Source: Marispirochaeta sp. (GTDB taxonomy: Bacteria; Spirochaetota; Spirochaetia; JC444; Marispirochaetaceae). From it: a stretch of 64,000 bases of DNA. The position numbers and the translations under genes are program-made. The stretch lies in NCBI GenBank assembly GCA_963676835.2, contig CAXXFF010000002.1, positions 544,001 through 608,000 of the forward strand, written 5' to 3'. Under the pieces are notes generated by a model. It did no database searches. It had not been told where the DNA came from and worked only from the letters and a program-made list of their open reading frames with translations. This document shows positions 10,195 to 19,693 of the stretch, piece by piece. Numbering within the stretch: the first letter of the stretch is position 1; every line of letters begins with the position of its first letter.

Positions 10195-11757
10195 TCATTT
10201 GTAGATTGCAGAATCCCGCAGGTTCTTGTGATCGGCGAAGAGAAACACCTGTTTGTTCTGCTGTTCATCCTTTTCTTGTCGCATGATTTCATCCAGATAT
10301 GCACGAACATCCCGATAACTGATTCTCGAGTAGTTCAACGCACGTCGGCAGGCCCAGTTCAGCCGGTGTGATCCGGCATCCTTTGCCAGGTTCAGCACAC
10401 CAAGGCAGGATTTGTACGCCTGCTGCTCATGTGGCTTGCTGTTTAATAGATGTGAAATCACCAGGAACGTCTCTTCTCCAATCGACTCAGCCCAGGTGGT
10501 AAACTTCTCCGCCGACCATGATTCAACAAATTGATGGTGCCTGGGCATGTGTGCGGACTGTGTGGAGTATTGTCCTTTCTTTCTGCTCCGGCGGTGCTGG
10601 GCTACGCGTACATTCTTGTGATATACCGCTATAATTCGCTCATCAAAGATCACTTTGACCTGTTCTCCCTTCAGCTGCCAGGGAACAGAGTAGTAGTGCT
10701 TATCTTTTGACAGAATAAAGTGATAGTCCGGTGCAACCTTGTGAGTTTCGAAGTATTTCATTGGATACGGTTCGCCCGGCAGCGTCTTCAGCGCAGACCG
10801 TTCGATCTCTTCAAACAACTGACGCCGTGAGATTTGCAGCTTTGTCAGTTTCCGGGTATTGTGTTCTTCAAGAAGTTCTGCGATGGCCTGGTTGAGCTCA
10901 GCCAACGAATGGAACCTCTTGCCGTACAGCGGGGCGAATATCCGCTGATAGGTTAACTTGACGGCATTCTCCGCCAGGGATTTGTCTTTCGGTTTATAGG
11001 CCCTGGCGGGGATTATCGTCGTCCGGTAGTAATCGGCAAAATCATCGAACAACGGATTAAGCTCCGGCTCATATTTACTCGCACTGAGCACGGCCGCCTT
11101 CAGGTTATCCGGGACGAGAGCTCGCGGAACCCCGCCGAAGTACCTCAAAGCCCGTTCTGTGGAGCGGACAAAGGCCTCTTGTTTCTGGCTCTCACTTGCT
11201 TCAACATAGGCCAGCTGACTTGCTCCGAGTACCGCAACGAATATTTGTGCCCGCTGCTCATCTCCATCAGGATAGTAAGGGAACGTTTCTCCGGCATAGT
11301 CGAGATATGCCATATCTCCAGGCTCGTGGGGCTGACGCATCGTCACCTCACCGCAGTCCAGAAACACCGTAAAGTGGTGACAGAACTGACTGTATCTATA
11401 TCCGTTTGGATACTTTCTACGGTATTCCTTCCATAGGAACTGCTTCGTCATCCCCCGCTGTTTCAGCCGTTTGGCGTACTCGGGGAACAGTGTCGTTAGT
11501 TGTGTATACTGCTCACTTTCTTCCTGCTTTTTCTCTTCGAACAGGCCAAGCAGCTGCTCATCGGTAAGCTTTTGGCTTGCTGCATAGCTGATCCCGGTGC
11601 GGCGGAATCGCACCAGATATTCGCTGACTGTGGTTTTAGATACTCCGGTCAGTTGGGATACATCCCGAAGTCCCAGCTTGCTCTCGTACGTGAGCGCAAG
11701 CAGTTTACGCATGTGTTTCACATGAATCCTCGCTCTCGACATTCTGTACTCCGTCAA
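10195..11757 (-). CDS. istA: IS21 transposase IstA
   Basis: HTH, DYAG, FGGVPRALVPDNLKAAV, KPKDKSLAE, YSVP. Confidence 0.95.
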   Translation of the reverse strand: MTEYRMSRARIHVKHMRKLLALTYESKLGLRDVSQLTGVSKTTVSEYLVRFRRTGISYAASQKLTDEQLLGLFEEKKQEESEQYTQLTTLFPEYAKRLKQRGMTKQFLWKEYRRKYPNGYRYSQFCHHFTVFLDCGEVTMRQPHEPGDMAYLDYAGETFPYYPDGDEQRAQIFVAVLGASQLAYVEASESQKQEAFVRSTERALRYFGGVPRALVPDNLKAAVLSASKYEPELNPLFDDFADYYRTTIIPARAYKPKDKSLAENAVKLTYQRIFAPLYGKRFHSLAELNQAIAELLEEHNTRKLTKLQISRRQLFEEIERSALKTLPGEPYPMKYFETHKVAPDYHFILSKDKHYYSVPWQLKGEQVKVIFDERIIAVYHKNVRVAQHRRSRKKGQYSTQSAHMPRHHQFVESWSAEKFTTWAESIGEETFLVISHLLNSKPHEQQAYKSCLGVLNLAKDAGSHRLNWACRRALNYSRISYRDVRAYLDEIMRQEKDEQQNKQVFLFADHKNLRDSAIYK

Positions 11758-11940
11758 ATAGTAGTTTTGCTATTGTGACGAGAGTGCTCGTGTTAATCGA
11801 GGATTTCTTATTTCAGGTTAAAGCAATTCCGGCGCTCCGGAAAAACTGTCCGTTTTCGGCCGGAACAGGTGTCCGTTTTTGCCCGGAATCACTGTCCGCT
11901 TTCCTCCGGAATGGGTGTCCGTTTTCGGCCGGTGTACACA

Positions 11941-12489
11941 TCCGGGGTCAACCTGTTCGGATTCATATGATTTTTTGATTTTTATATATATTTTTGTCAA
12001 TTTTTCAATCTCACGCATTTTCTGTATTGAATCAACTGTCCAGGGACTATCCCTATGCTCTGACATCACAGTCGAGAACATATAGTATGCTTCAGCCATT
12101 TTATTAATTAAAGAATCAATTACTGCCGGGGTATCAACTGCTGTTTTAACGGCATCAGCATTAAATAAACCTTCAATTGAAAAATATTTCCATTGCGAAG
12201 GATGAATTGTCTGGATTATTTTAATGCCTTTTTTATATATAATATATGCATCATCTCTTTCCGGAACGCTACTGACAGTCTGTTGCGTATCAATCTTTTT
12301 AAGCAGGTTCGAATAAGCCTGATTAAGACGGATCATTGAGAGATGGCTGTTACAGGTGGTCTGATTGGTATCAGGATGAAACTTCTTTGATTTCTCCCGG
12401 AAGGCTTTTTTCAGCTCGGAATATGAAAACGTCTCATCAAGGCCGAGAATATCATTATCAGTCATCTTTTTCCCTGTCGCATGTTTCAT
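11941..12489 (-). CDS. DnaJ (J-domain) protein whose 3' end is disrupted by IS21 (ORF now reads into the IS to 11818)
   Basis: ILGL...LKKAFREKSKKFHPD...LNQAYSNL; removing the IS gives ...EQVDPGF*. Confidence 0.75.
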
Positions 12490-13067
12490 ATTTCACCCGG
12501 CATAATATTCCCAGGCACCGGCCTGGACGTATCATAAACCAGTTCAATATATTTTTTATTGTTATACTCAAATTCTTTAAGCTTTTCCATTTTCAATTTA
12601 TCAATGTGGGCTTTAACGGATCTTGGATTCTTTACATTCACAAATGTCACCAGAAAAGGGTACTGCTCTTCCATAACAAGCCTGGCAAACTCAAACAATC
12701 CTTCAAGAACCCCTTTGCCACGGAATTTTTTATCTATGCATACCGGACCATATTGGTATGAGTTTTCAACCGTTAGCGTGTGCCCCTGATAACGTAAACT
12801 CTCTAAATCTTTTATCATATGCTGGAACATAGGCCATTTTGAGCAGTATTCCCAGGATGCTGACATCACAAAACCGATAATCAGATTGTCTTCGACAGCA
12901 ACAACTAATCCGTTCTCTTTTATGAGTTCCAGCAATAACTCCCGGTTCAGAAGAGTGGTTACAAAACCATCCGCCTTATCTGATTCTGCGATCGTATCGA
13001 TATGGTATTTTCTGTGTAATGACAAAACACCGGGGATATCATTACCGGCAGCCAGTCTGTATTCCAT
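12486..13067 (-). CDS. GNAT family acetyltransferase
   Basis: YQYGPVCIDKKFRGKGV, NPRSVKAH. Confidence 0.85.
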   Translation of the reverse strand: MEYRLAAGNDIPGVLSLHRKYHIDTIAESDKADGFVTTLLNRELLLELIKENGLVVAVEDNLIIGFVMSASWEYCSKWPMFQHMIKDLESLRYQGHTLTVENSYQYGPVCIDKKFRGKGVLEGLFEFARLVMEEQYPFLVTFVNVKNPRSVKAHIDKLKMEKLKEFEYNNKKYIELVYDTSRPVPGNIMPGEI

Positions 13068-13334
13068 TCATCCACCTCGGCAGCAATTCTACGCAGTATA
13101 CTGATAATAACGTGCAAACATCTAATCACTCATTCCCTGAAGTTTCTGTCACAACATCGGAGCGACTTGGTTGTCGGTTGTTCTAACTTAACATAACCAA
13201 TTTTAAATTAAACTCAGCGGGAAGCAGTTCACCATAAACACGATTGTTTTTGAACAGAATCATGTCATTATCAAAAACCAATACTTCTTCCATAAGATCT
13301 CTGCCGTCTGAACGAAGAAAAACATCATCGCAAC

Positions 13335-13877
13335 CTAAAGATGCTTCTGCATATAGACAATATCAAATTCTCTTCCAAGCTTGGTACCTATTCTCCTGAA
13401 TCTCCCGCATTCGCGAAAGCCGTTTTTCATATGGAACCGCTGACTAATCAGATTCTCTCCCGAAATAGAAACCAATACCTGCGTTTTTCCTTTTTTCCTG
13501 GCAGCTTCTAACAGCTGTTCGAGGATAAACGCCCCAACCCCCTGGCCTGTTGATTCTTCCGCCAGGAAGTATGTCAACTCTACGGTCTTCTCAAAGGTCG
13601 GATTGTCCGAATAGGGTTTAAGCTGGCAGAATCCGATCAGAGAATTGGCCTCATTTAGAATGGCAAATCCGCAAAGCCGCCTTGCATTATCAATAAACTT
13701 GTCAAAGTAATCATAGTCAACCTCCTCCGGCCGATAAGCATAGGTTGTATTACGAATGTAGTAGTTATAAATATCAATTACCGGCTTTCTGTGCCGTTCC
13801 TCCAGGGGTTCGAGTGTAACCATGCGCAACTCCCTATACATTTTTAGTCGAAAACTGCTCCAGTAGAACTCTAACAA
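13335..13877 (-). CDS. GNAT acetyltransferase (YncA/Pat-like; true start probably near 13823)
   Basis: IYNYYI, TGQGVG, NLISQRFHMKNGFRECG...GTKLGREFD. Confidence 0.85.
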   Translation of the reverse strand: MLEFYWSSFRLKMYRELRMVTLEPLEERHRKPVIDIYNYYIRNTTYAYRPEEVDYDYFDKFIDNARRLCGFAILNEANSLIGFCQLKPYSDNPTFEKTVELTYFLAEESTGQGVGAFILEQLLEAARKKGKTQVLVSISGENLISQRFHMKNGFRECGRFRRIGTKLGREFDIVYMQKHL

Positions 13878-13898
13878 TCCTGGCGCGAAGGAGCATAT
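13872..13898. repeat. Collapsed remnant of an array recombination site
   Basis: TAAC-AATCC-TGGCGCGAAGGAGCATAT resembles the TAAC-5nt start and GGCGAAG...GGAGCATAT inner end of intact sites. Confidence 0.4.
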
Positions 13899-14437
13899 TA
13901 CTTATTCTTACTCCCCAATCTATACAGAAACATTTGTGTATTTCCCGGCCTTGCTATTTCTGCTTCCAGTTTCATGCCGGCTTTAACAGCGATTTTTTGT
14001 GATATTTTATTATCAGGCTTTATTAAAGCTACTACACTATTAATTTTCTTTTCGTTGAATGCATAATTCAATAGCATTTCAGAGACTTCTGATGCATACC
14101 CGTTACCCCAATAAATCTCATCGATAACATAGATAACTTCAACTTCATCCTGGCCTTCTATACTCTTTTTCAACAAACCGCAGTGGCCGATGAGATTATG
14201 GGAAGTCCTCTCTTCCAGAATCCAAAGGTCATACTCTTCTTTAAATGGATTGTCTATATTTTCCTGTACAATAGGTTGGATTTCATTATTGTCTCTTGGA
14301 CCACCCATATATTTGGTTACCGCTGGATTGGTCCAAAGATTCACTACGAAATCTTTATCAGAAGGTACAATATTCCGTAATAACAATCGATTAGACTTTA
14401 TGCTGACAACATATTTTGCAGGTTCATTTTTTTTCAT
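13898..14437 (-). CDS. GNAT acetyltransferase (RimJ/RimL-like)
   Basis: RLLLR, IGHCGL, YWGNGYASE, DNKISQKIAVKAGM. Confidence 0.85.
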   Translation of the reverse strand: MKKNEPAKYVVSIKSNRLLLRNIVPSDKDFVVNLWTNPAVTKYMGGPRDNNEIQPIVQENIDNPFKEEYDLWILEERTSHNLIGHCGLLKKSIEGQDEVEVIYVIDEIYWGNGYASEVSEMLLNYAFNEKKINSVVALIKPDNKISQKIAVKAGMKLEAEIARPGNTQMFLYRLGSKNK

Positions 14438-14558
14438 ATCATTCTCACGCTATCTTCCGTTCTTCAGTACAGTTTAAGACTGCCTGCAGTTAAACTGTAA
14501 CAGTGTCCATCGATATAGAAGAGGCAGCAATTGTTGTTTCCTGAAACACGGATATTAC

Positions 14559-14837
14559 TTACTCTTCCGGCAAGGCCTCAAATTCTTTCTTCCTGGTTTC
14601 AAACCATTCCTGCATTTTCTGAGGCTTTTCCATTAACGCTTTCATGTCATTCATCGCCTTAAGGTGAGCCTCATCACCTTTTTGAAACATTTCCATTCCA
14701 TGATTTTTACTTAATTCGGCTATCTCTTCGAAAGTGTTTGCCTGAAAAATCTTGTTACAAGCTCCGCCAAGTTGCCTGCAGGTCATTGATTTCATAAAAA
14801 CTCCTTCATGGAGGACATACTCTTTAAATGATATCAA
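14559..14837 (-). CDS. DUF1059-like small protein (true start probably at MKSMTC)
   Basis: MTCRQLGGAC...SKNHGMEM. Confidence 0.7.
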   Translation of the reverse strand: MISFKEYVLHEGVFMKSMTCRQLGGACNKIFQANTFEEIAELSKNHGMEMFQKGDEAHLKAMNDMKALMEKPQKMQEWFETRKKEFEALPEE

Positions 14838-14921
14838 ACATTAAAGAAGTTGCAACCTAACATATAGCAAATAGATAAAGTTGGTCGGTGTCTGATCTTC
14901 GGGAATCGATATATCCAACGA

Positions 14922-15416
14922 CTATAGCTTCTTCTCCATACAATAAAACGGTTGTTCCCTAAACGGAAATGTCACTTCTCCGATATTCGCATACCCTTTA
15001 CTCAAATACAATTTCTGCGCAACCTTATTCGCACTGTATACATCCAATCTTACACTACTGTACTTATTCTTTCTGGCATAAGCTTCAATGAACTCCATCA
15101 GTCTACCTGCGATACCCCGGCCCTGAAAATCAGGATGAACTGCCAGCCTGTGTATAATCAGGTTCTTCCCATCCGCATCGCCCCACTTGACTTGCCCATA
15201 TTCTATTGGCTGTTCTTCGTTGATCGCAAAATAGGCCTCACATAAGTCCTCTTCTTTAATTACATATCCATATCCATTTTTTATATCTTCTTCAACAATC
15301 GCATGAGTGGGATAGTGTTCATTCCATTGATAAATCCCCTGTGATTCCATGGAAGAAATGCATTCAGAAAACATGCTCATAATTATAAGCAGATCTTGTA
15401 CTTGTGCTATGGTCAT
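14922..15416 (-). CDS. GNAT family acetyltransferase
   Basis: GIYQWNEHYP, IHRLAVHPDFQGRGIA, RLDVYSAN, LYLSKGY. Confidence 0.9.
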   Translation of the reverse strand: MTIAQVQDLLIIMSMFSECISSMESQGIYQWNEHYPTHAIVEEDIKNGYGYVIKEEDLCEAYFAINEEQPIEYGQVKWGDADGKNLIIHRLAVHPDFQGRGIAGRLMEFIEAYARKNKYSSVRLDVYSANKVAQKLYLSKGYANIGEVTFPFREQPFYCMEKKL

Positions 15417-15544
15417 TCCTATTAATCACCTCACTTGTTTCTTTTTTATACTTTTTATTGAAACACAGGGAAAACTGCACCTGTCATCCCGTGAAGTTGT
15501 TAAAGAAAATATGGGTAGAGCTGTATATCCCCTTTTTTGTATTG

Positions 15545-15997
15545 TTAATTTATGCCTTCAGCAGAATTATAATAATTGCTCACACTTTCTTTTACAAATA
15601 GATACCAATAGATGACTAAACTAAACAGAAGTGAAGGGAGTATATTTATAAGAGTGAGCAACTCATTCATTCTCAGAACCGGTAAAATAATTGATGGAAT
15701 CATATAACTACACATCATCAACAACCTTCCCCATTTTATTCTATTCAAAATTGTATACCCGCAAATTGGACAGATTATACCTGCAGCAACAAAAATCCAG
15801 GGGGCTTTTGTTTTCATAAAATCACCATAAGTCATTGCAACACCATTTACAGTGTAATTCATCCCGGGAAAAGGGATGACAGCTATTATAAACAGACTGA
15901 AACAGAGAAAACATAATGCCACTACACGCAATACAAAAGGCATAGATGCAATCTTTGATCTAAACGCCTGTATATATTCAATAATTTTGAAATACAT
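15545..15997 (-). CDS. Hypothetical membrane protein
   Basis: About four TM segments, ends YWYLF...SNYY. Confidence 0.65.
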   Translation of the reverse strand: MYFKIIEYIQAFRSKIASMPFVLRVVALCFLCFSLFIIAVIPFPGMNYTVNGVAMTYGDFMKTKAPWIFVAAGIICPICGYTILNRIKWGRLLMMCSYMIPSIILPVLRMNELLTLINILPSLLFSLVIYWYLFVKESVSNYYNSAEGIN

Positions 15998-16033
15998 TTT
16001 TCTCCTCGAACCAATTCTTTAGTTAATTTCATA

Positions 16034-16109
16034 CAATGTCCCACGAATAGGTGAAGTTGCTATGGGAAATTTGGGGGAAGTCACAAGCGAGACCGTGCAT
16101 TCGCTGTTG
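16034..16109. repeat. Degenerate attC-like site S9
   Basis: CAAT-GTCCC-ACGAATAGGTGAAGTTG...GCATTCGC-T-GTTG. Confidence 0.6.
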
Positions 16110-16130
16110 TATGATGTGCTTGTTAGTGTG

Positions 16131-16598
16131 CTATGCCTTTTCCAACATCCTCTTTAAATCATCCATGTCAGCAAGAAAAGCCTTCTTCATCCCACCCACC
16201 ATAAATGAAAAGAGTAAATTGAGAAGTTTCGCAGTAAAAGTAGTTGCTCTTCCGGAAAACTCAATTGAAACTCCGGTTTTACCGCCTTCATCAATAAAAC
16301 GCCATTCTGTAGCGTAGTGCATTCCGTTTGACTGCGCCTCTTCTTTGAAATAGTCGGGAGGGTTGAATTGAGTTATTTCCATTGTTTCGCTGGATTCTTT
16401 TCCAAACATGACTCGGGTTTCTTTAAACTTACTCCCTATGCCGACTTCTCCAGGTGTCAAGATTTCAATACTTTTAATGGCCTTTACGTTGTTTGCTAAA
16501 TTTTTCAGGTCAGAAAACGCATTGAATACTTCAGCCTTTTCTGCATTGATTGTGCCATGGGCTTTAACTTTCATTCTGGTCTCCTTTGCTATTTTCAA
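16131..16598 (-). CDS. SRPBCC family protein (cassette gene)
   Basis: GEVGIGSKFKETRVMFGKE...DMDDLKRMLE. Confidence 0.85.
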   Translation of the reverse strand: MKIAKETRMKVKAHGTINAEKAEVFNAFSDLKNLANNVKAIKSIEILTPGEVGIGSKFKETRVMFGKESSETMEITQFNPPDYFKEEAQSNGMHYATEWRFIDEGGKTGVSIEFSGRATTFTAKLLNLLFSFMVGGMKKAFLADMDDLKRMLEKA

Positions 16599-16670
16599 AC
16601 TTAACTATAGGTATTTCTATAGAATTCAAAACTGCTTTCAGCTGTTCTGCCGAACACCGGCAGTTTCATA

Positions 16671-16738
16671 CAACATTCCGCGAAGTTGTCGAAAGCAATT
16701 TGGGTGACGCCGCAGGCGGAACCGCTTATTTGCTGTTA
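16671..16738. repeat. Partially deleted attC-like site S8
   Basis: CAAC-ATTCC-GCGAAGTTG...GCAATTTGGG...GGAACCGCTTATTTGC-T-GTTA; left arm appears shortened. Confidence 0.7.
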
Positions 16739-16759
16739 GGTGACGTTCTGTTTTTGCAC

Positions 16760-17059
16760 TTAAGATACTTTCACTTGTTGAATTTTATCGAGTTCTATTT
16801 CAATTTTTGGACGTTCAATACGCAATTCATACTCATCCTGAATTCCAAGCCAAAAATCTGGAGAGTTTCCAAAATACTTAGCTAAGCGAAGAGCAGTGTC
16901 TGCAGTAATCTTACGATTTCCCTTTAGAATTTGAGAAATTCTAGTCGCTGGCATATTTGTATCTTTTGCTAACCGATATGCACTTATGTTCATTGGACCA
17001 AGAAATTCTTCTAGGAGAATTTCTCCTGGAGTTATTACTGGGATTTTTTCCATACTCAC
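16760..17059 (-). CDS. higA: HigA family antitoxin
   Basis: TPGEILLEEFL, HTH, ITADTALRLAKYFGNSPDFWLGIQ. Confidence 0.93.
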   Translation of the reverse strand: MSMEKIPVITPGEILLEEFLGPMNISAYRLAKDTNMPATRISQILKGNRKITADTALRLAKYFGNSPDFWLGIQDEYELRIERPKIEIELDKIQQVKVS

Positions 17060-17343
17060 CTCTTATGGTAATCAGTTATCTCGACTTCGGTGGCTGTTCC
17101 ATTATTCCAATAAAAACAAATACGCCACTGAGAATTAATCCTTATGCTGTACTGCCCTTTTCTATCCCCTGAAAGCTGCTCAAGTCTGTTACCCGGCGGT
17201 ACCCTAAGATCATTGATGTCTTTTGATCGATGTATAAGTATTAACTTTCTTAAGCCTATTCTTTGCATTTCTTTCGGGAAATGTTTTGAATAGGTTCCAT
17301 TCCATATTTTCTTTGTGTCTTTATCTTTAAAAGATTCTATCAC
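17056..17343 (-). CDS. higB: HigB (RelE-like) toxin
   Basis: MIESFKDK...DLRVPPGNRLEQLSGDRKGQYSIRINSQWRICF. Confidence 0.93.
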   Translation of the reverse strand: MIESFKDKDTKKIWNGTYSKHFPKEMQRIGLRKLILIHRSKDINDLRVPPGNRLEQLSGDRKGQYSIRINSQWRICFYWNNGTATEVEITDYHKR

Positions 17344-17349
17344 TAATCA

Positions 17350-17378
17350 ATAGTAACGCTTCTCGTTACTAACGTCAA
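17350..17378 (-). promoter_or_regulatory. higBA promoter with overlapping palindromic operator
   Basis: TTGACG-17-TACTAT on the minus strand; palindrome TAGTAACG-N5-CGTTACTA at 17351-17371; -10 box 6 nt from the GTG start (probably leaderless). Confidence 0.7.
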
Positions 17379-17407
17379 GCGTTAATATATTTAAACAGAA
17401 TGTCATT

Positions 17408-17483
17408 TAACGTTCCGCGAATATATGAAGTTGGCCGAAGGCCAATCTTTGTGAAGCGCAGCGAAACCGCCTATTCGCTGTTA
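17408..17483. repeat. attC-like site S7
   Basis: TAAC-GTTCC-GCGAATA...TATTCGC-T-GTTA with inner hairpin TTGGCCGAAGGCCAA. Confidence 0.8.
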
Positions 17484-17532
17484 TATGTCGTTTGACTGTA
17501 ACCGTCAATTAAACCTCACCCAGAGAAAAAAA

Positions 17533-19053
17533 TCAGAGGGAAATATTCCATGGCAGCAATTTTTCCCAGTTATCAGATTCATTCATGAGTGGAGCTTCCT
17601 CAAAAACGCGTCTCAGGTAGTCGTTCGGGTTCACATTATTTTGTTTGGCTGTCTCAATCAGTGAATACATGGCACAGGAACTTTCTGCCCCCTTTGGACT
17701 ACCGGAAAATAACCAGTTCTTTCGGCCCAGAACAAACGGCCGAATAGCCTGTTCCGCGCTATTGTTGTCAGGTGTCAGATAAGGAGAATCGAGGTAGTGT
17801 ACCAGTTTCTCCCATTCGTTCAAGGTGTACTGAATTGCTTTCCCAAGCAATAACGAAGGAGGAACCTGCTGACTGCGTTTTTCAAGCCAGGTTCTAAACT
17901 TCTGCAAAACCGGTTCCGCCTGAGATTTGCGCTGGTCAACAAACTGGTCTTCGGGCAATTCCATACTGCGAAGACGCTCTTCAATTCCATACAGTTTCCT
18001 GATGGCATTCAATGCTTCCTGTGCACTTGCTGCTTTCTTCGAGGCCTTTGCAGCTTCATGAAACTTTCGCCGAACATGGGCCATGCAGCCGACATGGACT
18101 ATCTGTTCATTCCCCGCCAGGGCTGTACGATACGCATCATAGCCGTCGGTCTGTAAAAAGCCGCTGAATCCATCGAGAAGTTCTTTAATATGCCGGGACC
18201 CGCGGGTTTCCCGGTATGAATAAAGCAATCCCGGGTTTTCCGGAGGGCCGCCGCGGGCAAGCCACATATAGGATTTCGCCGTGTCAGGGCGTTCCGGTTC
18301 TCCGTGTACCTGGACCGGGGTTTCATCCATGTTGATGACCGGCCCTGACCGGATATGCGTTTTCAGTGTTTCTATTAACGGTTCAATTTTATCAAACGCC
18401 GCCTGCTGCCAGTTGCTCATGTTCTGACGGCTTATGTGGATGCCGATTCTTTCAAACCGTTTCTCCTGCCGGTAATAGGGCAGATGATCGACAAACTTGT
18501 TCACTATGATGAAGGAGATCAATCCTGGCGTTACAATGCTTTTAGGGATAATACTTGCAGGGGGATCAGCAACCCTTACCGCCGGCTTCTCTTCATCCCC
18601 GGAGCCTTCACAGTTTTTACAGGCATACTTGGGGCGGATAATCCGTTCCACCCACATCTTCGGGGGGATTACCTGTAAGCGCTCGCTGGTCTCTTCGCCG
18701 ATACGAACCAGCGCATGGCCGCAGGCACACTGTTTTTCTTCTTCGGGAATATCAATGATGATCTCATCCCGGGGAAGGCTTTCATCAATTGGTTTTCTGC
18801 CGGATTTCCTGCGGGGATGGGACTGAACTGGTACGGAAGTCTCTGATGCATCGTTCTCCGAAGTACCATTCTCTTCAAGTCCGAACAACAGCGGTTGATA
18901 CTCATCCAGTTGTTCTTTTTCACTTTTACGGCCAAATTTCTGAAGAAGAAGCAATTTGTACTGCTCTTCCAAGGCACCATAACGCTGCTCCCAGGAACTA
19001 TTAAGTTCGTGGATATAGTCCTGTACTTCCCTGGGAAGTTCTGTAACATCCAT
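17533..19053 (-). CDS. tnpC: IS66 transposase TnpC (copy A)
   Basis: FGRKSE, CACG, HLPYYRQ, MDETPV, QTDGY, CMAHVRRKF, DNNSAEQAIRP, GRKNWLF. Confidence 0.95.
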   Translation of the reverse strand: MDVTELPREVQDYIHELNSSWEQRYGALEEQYKLLLLQKFGRKSEKEQLDEYQPLLFGLEENGTSENDASETSVPVQSHPRRKSGRKPIDESLPRDEIIIDIPEEEKQCACGHALVRIGEETSERLQVIPPKMWVERIIRPKYACKNCEGSGDEEKPAVRVADPPASIIPKSIVTPGLISFIIVNKFVDHLPYYRQEKRFERIGIHISRQNMSNWQQAAFDKIEPLIETLKTHIRSGPVINMDETPVQVHGEPERPDTAKSYMWLARGGPPENPGLLYSYRETRGSRHIKELLDGFSGFLQTDGYDAYRTALAGNEQIVHVGCMAHVRRKFHEAAKASKKAASAQEALNAIRKLYGIEERLRSMELPEDQFVDQRKSQAEPVLQKFRTWLEKRSQQVPPSLLLGKAIQYTLNEWEKLVHYLDSPYLTPDNNSAEQAIRPFVLGRKNWLFSGSPKGAESSCAMYSLIETAKQNNVNPNDYLRRVFEEAPLMNESDNWEKLLPWNISL

Positions 19054-19114
19054 GCTAATAAGAATTCTAGCATGCCGTACATTCTATGTAAATTCCTTTA
19101 CACCAATAATATGC

Positions 19115-19462
19115 TTACGAAACCCGCGAATATTCCAAACTAGTATGTTCATTCCAAAAATCGATGCCTTTCAACAGCATCGATAGCTGTTCCGGGGTAA
19201 TCATACGTGCAGTTTCTTCGGTTACGGGCCAGGGAAACTTATGCTTTTCCAGTTTCTTCTGCCAGAGACAGAATCCGTTCTTGTCCCAGTAGAGGGCTTT
19301 CATAATTCGTCGTTCGCGGTTGCAGAACAGAAACAGATTGCCGCTTAACGGATTTTCATTCATATAGTCCTGCACCATGACAACTAAGCCGTTGATTGCT
19401 TTACGCATATCAGTGATGCCTGGCCGGATAAATATCTGTACCGCTGATAAATCTGGGGTCAT
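19115..19462 (-). CDS. tnpB: IS66 accessory protein TnpB (copy A)
   Basis: TDMRKAINGL, LFLFCN, KALYWDKNGFCLWQKKLE. Confidence 0.95.
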   Translation of the reverse strand: MTPDLSAVQIFIRPGITDMRKAINGLVVMVQDYMNENPLSGNLFLFCNRERRIMKALYWDKNGFCLWQKKLEKHKFPWPVTEETARMITPEQLSMLLKGIDFWNEHTSLEYSRVS

Positions 19463-19658
19463 TCATAAACCCTCAAGGCTGTTAATACTGCTTTAAGCTG
19501 GTCATGGTTTGCTGTTACCGGCAGAGTAATAACAATATCGTGCAACTTTATGGTAATGGTTTCTTTTTTGGATAAATGATGAAAAGAGCTTTTTACTGGT
19601 ATGAACCCGGCTGCTGCTGTTTCAGAAGCTAATCCTGTTTGTACGGCACGTTTCCTTT
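19459..19658 (-). pseudogene. tnpA: 3' part of copy-A IS66 tnpA, interrupted by copy B (5' part at 22043-22172)
   Basis: Near-identical to the 3' part of 21630-21959; ends at the TTTCCTTT duplication. Confidence 0.85.
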
Positions 19659-19693
19659 GTAACCGTCAATTAAACCTCACCCAGAGAAAAAAA

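Larger units (their letters stand above)
9344..11940 (-). mobile_element. IS21-family insertion sequence
   Basis: TGTGTA...TACACA ends, repeated CGGACAGTGATTCCGG-like subterminal units, 4-bp target duplication TCCG (9340-9343 and 11941-11944), istA-istB. Confidence 0.92.
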
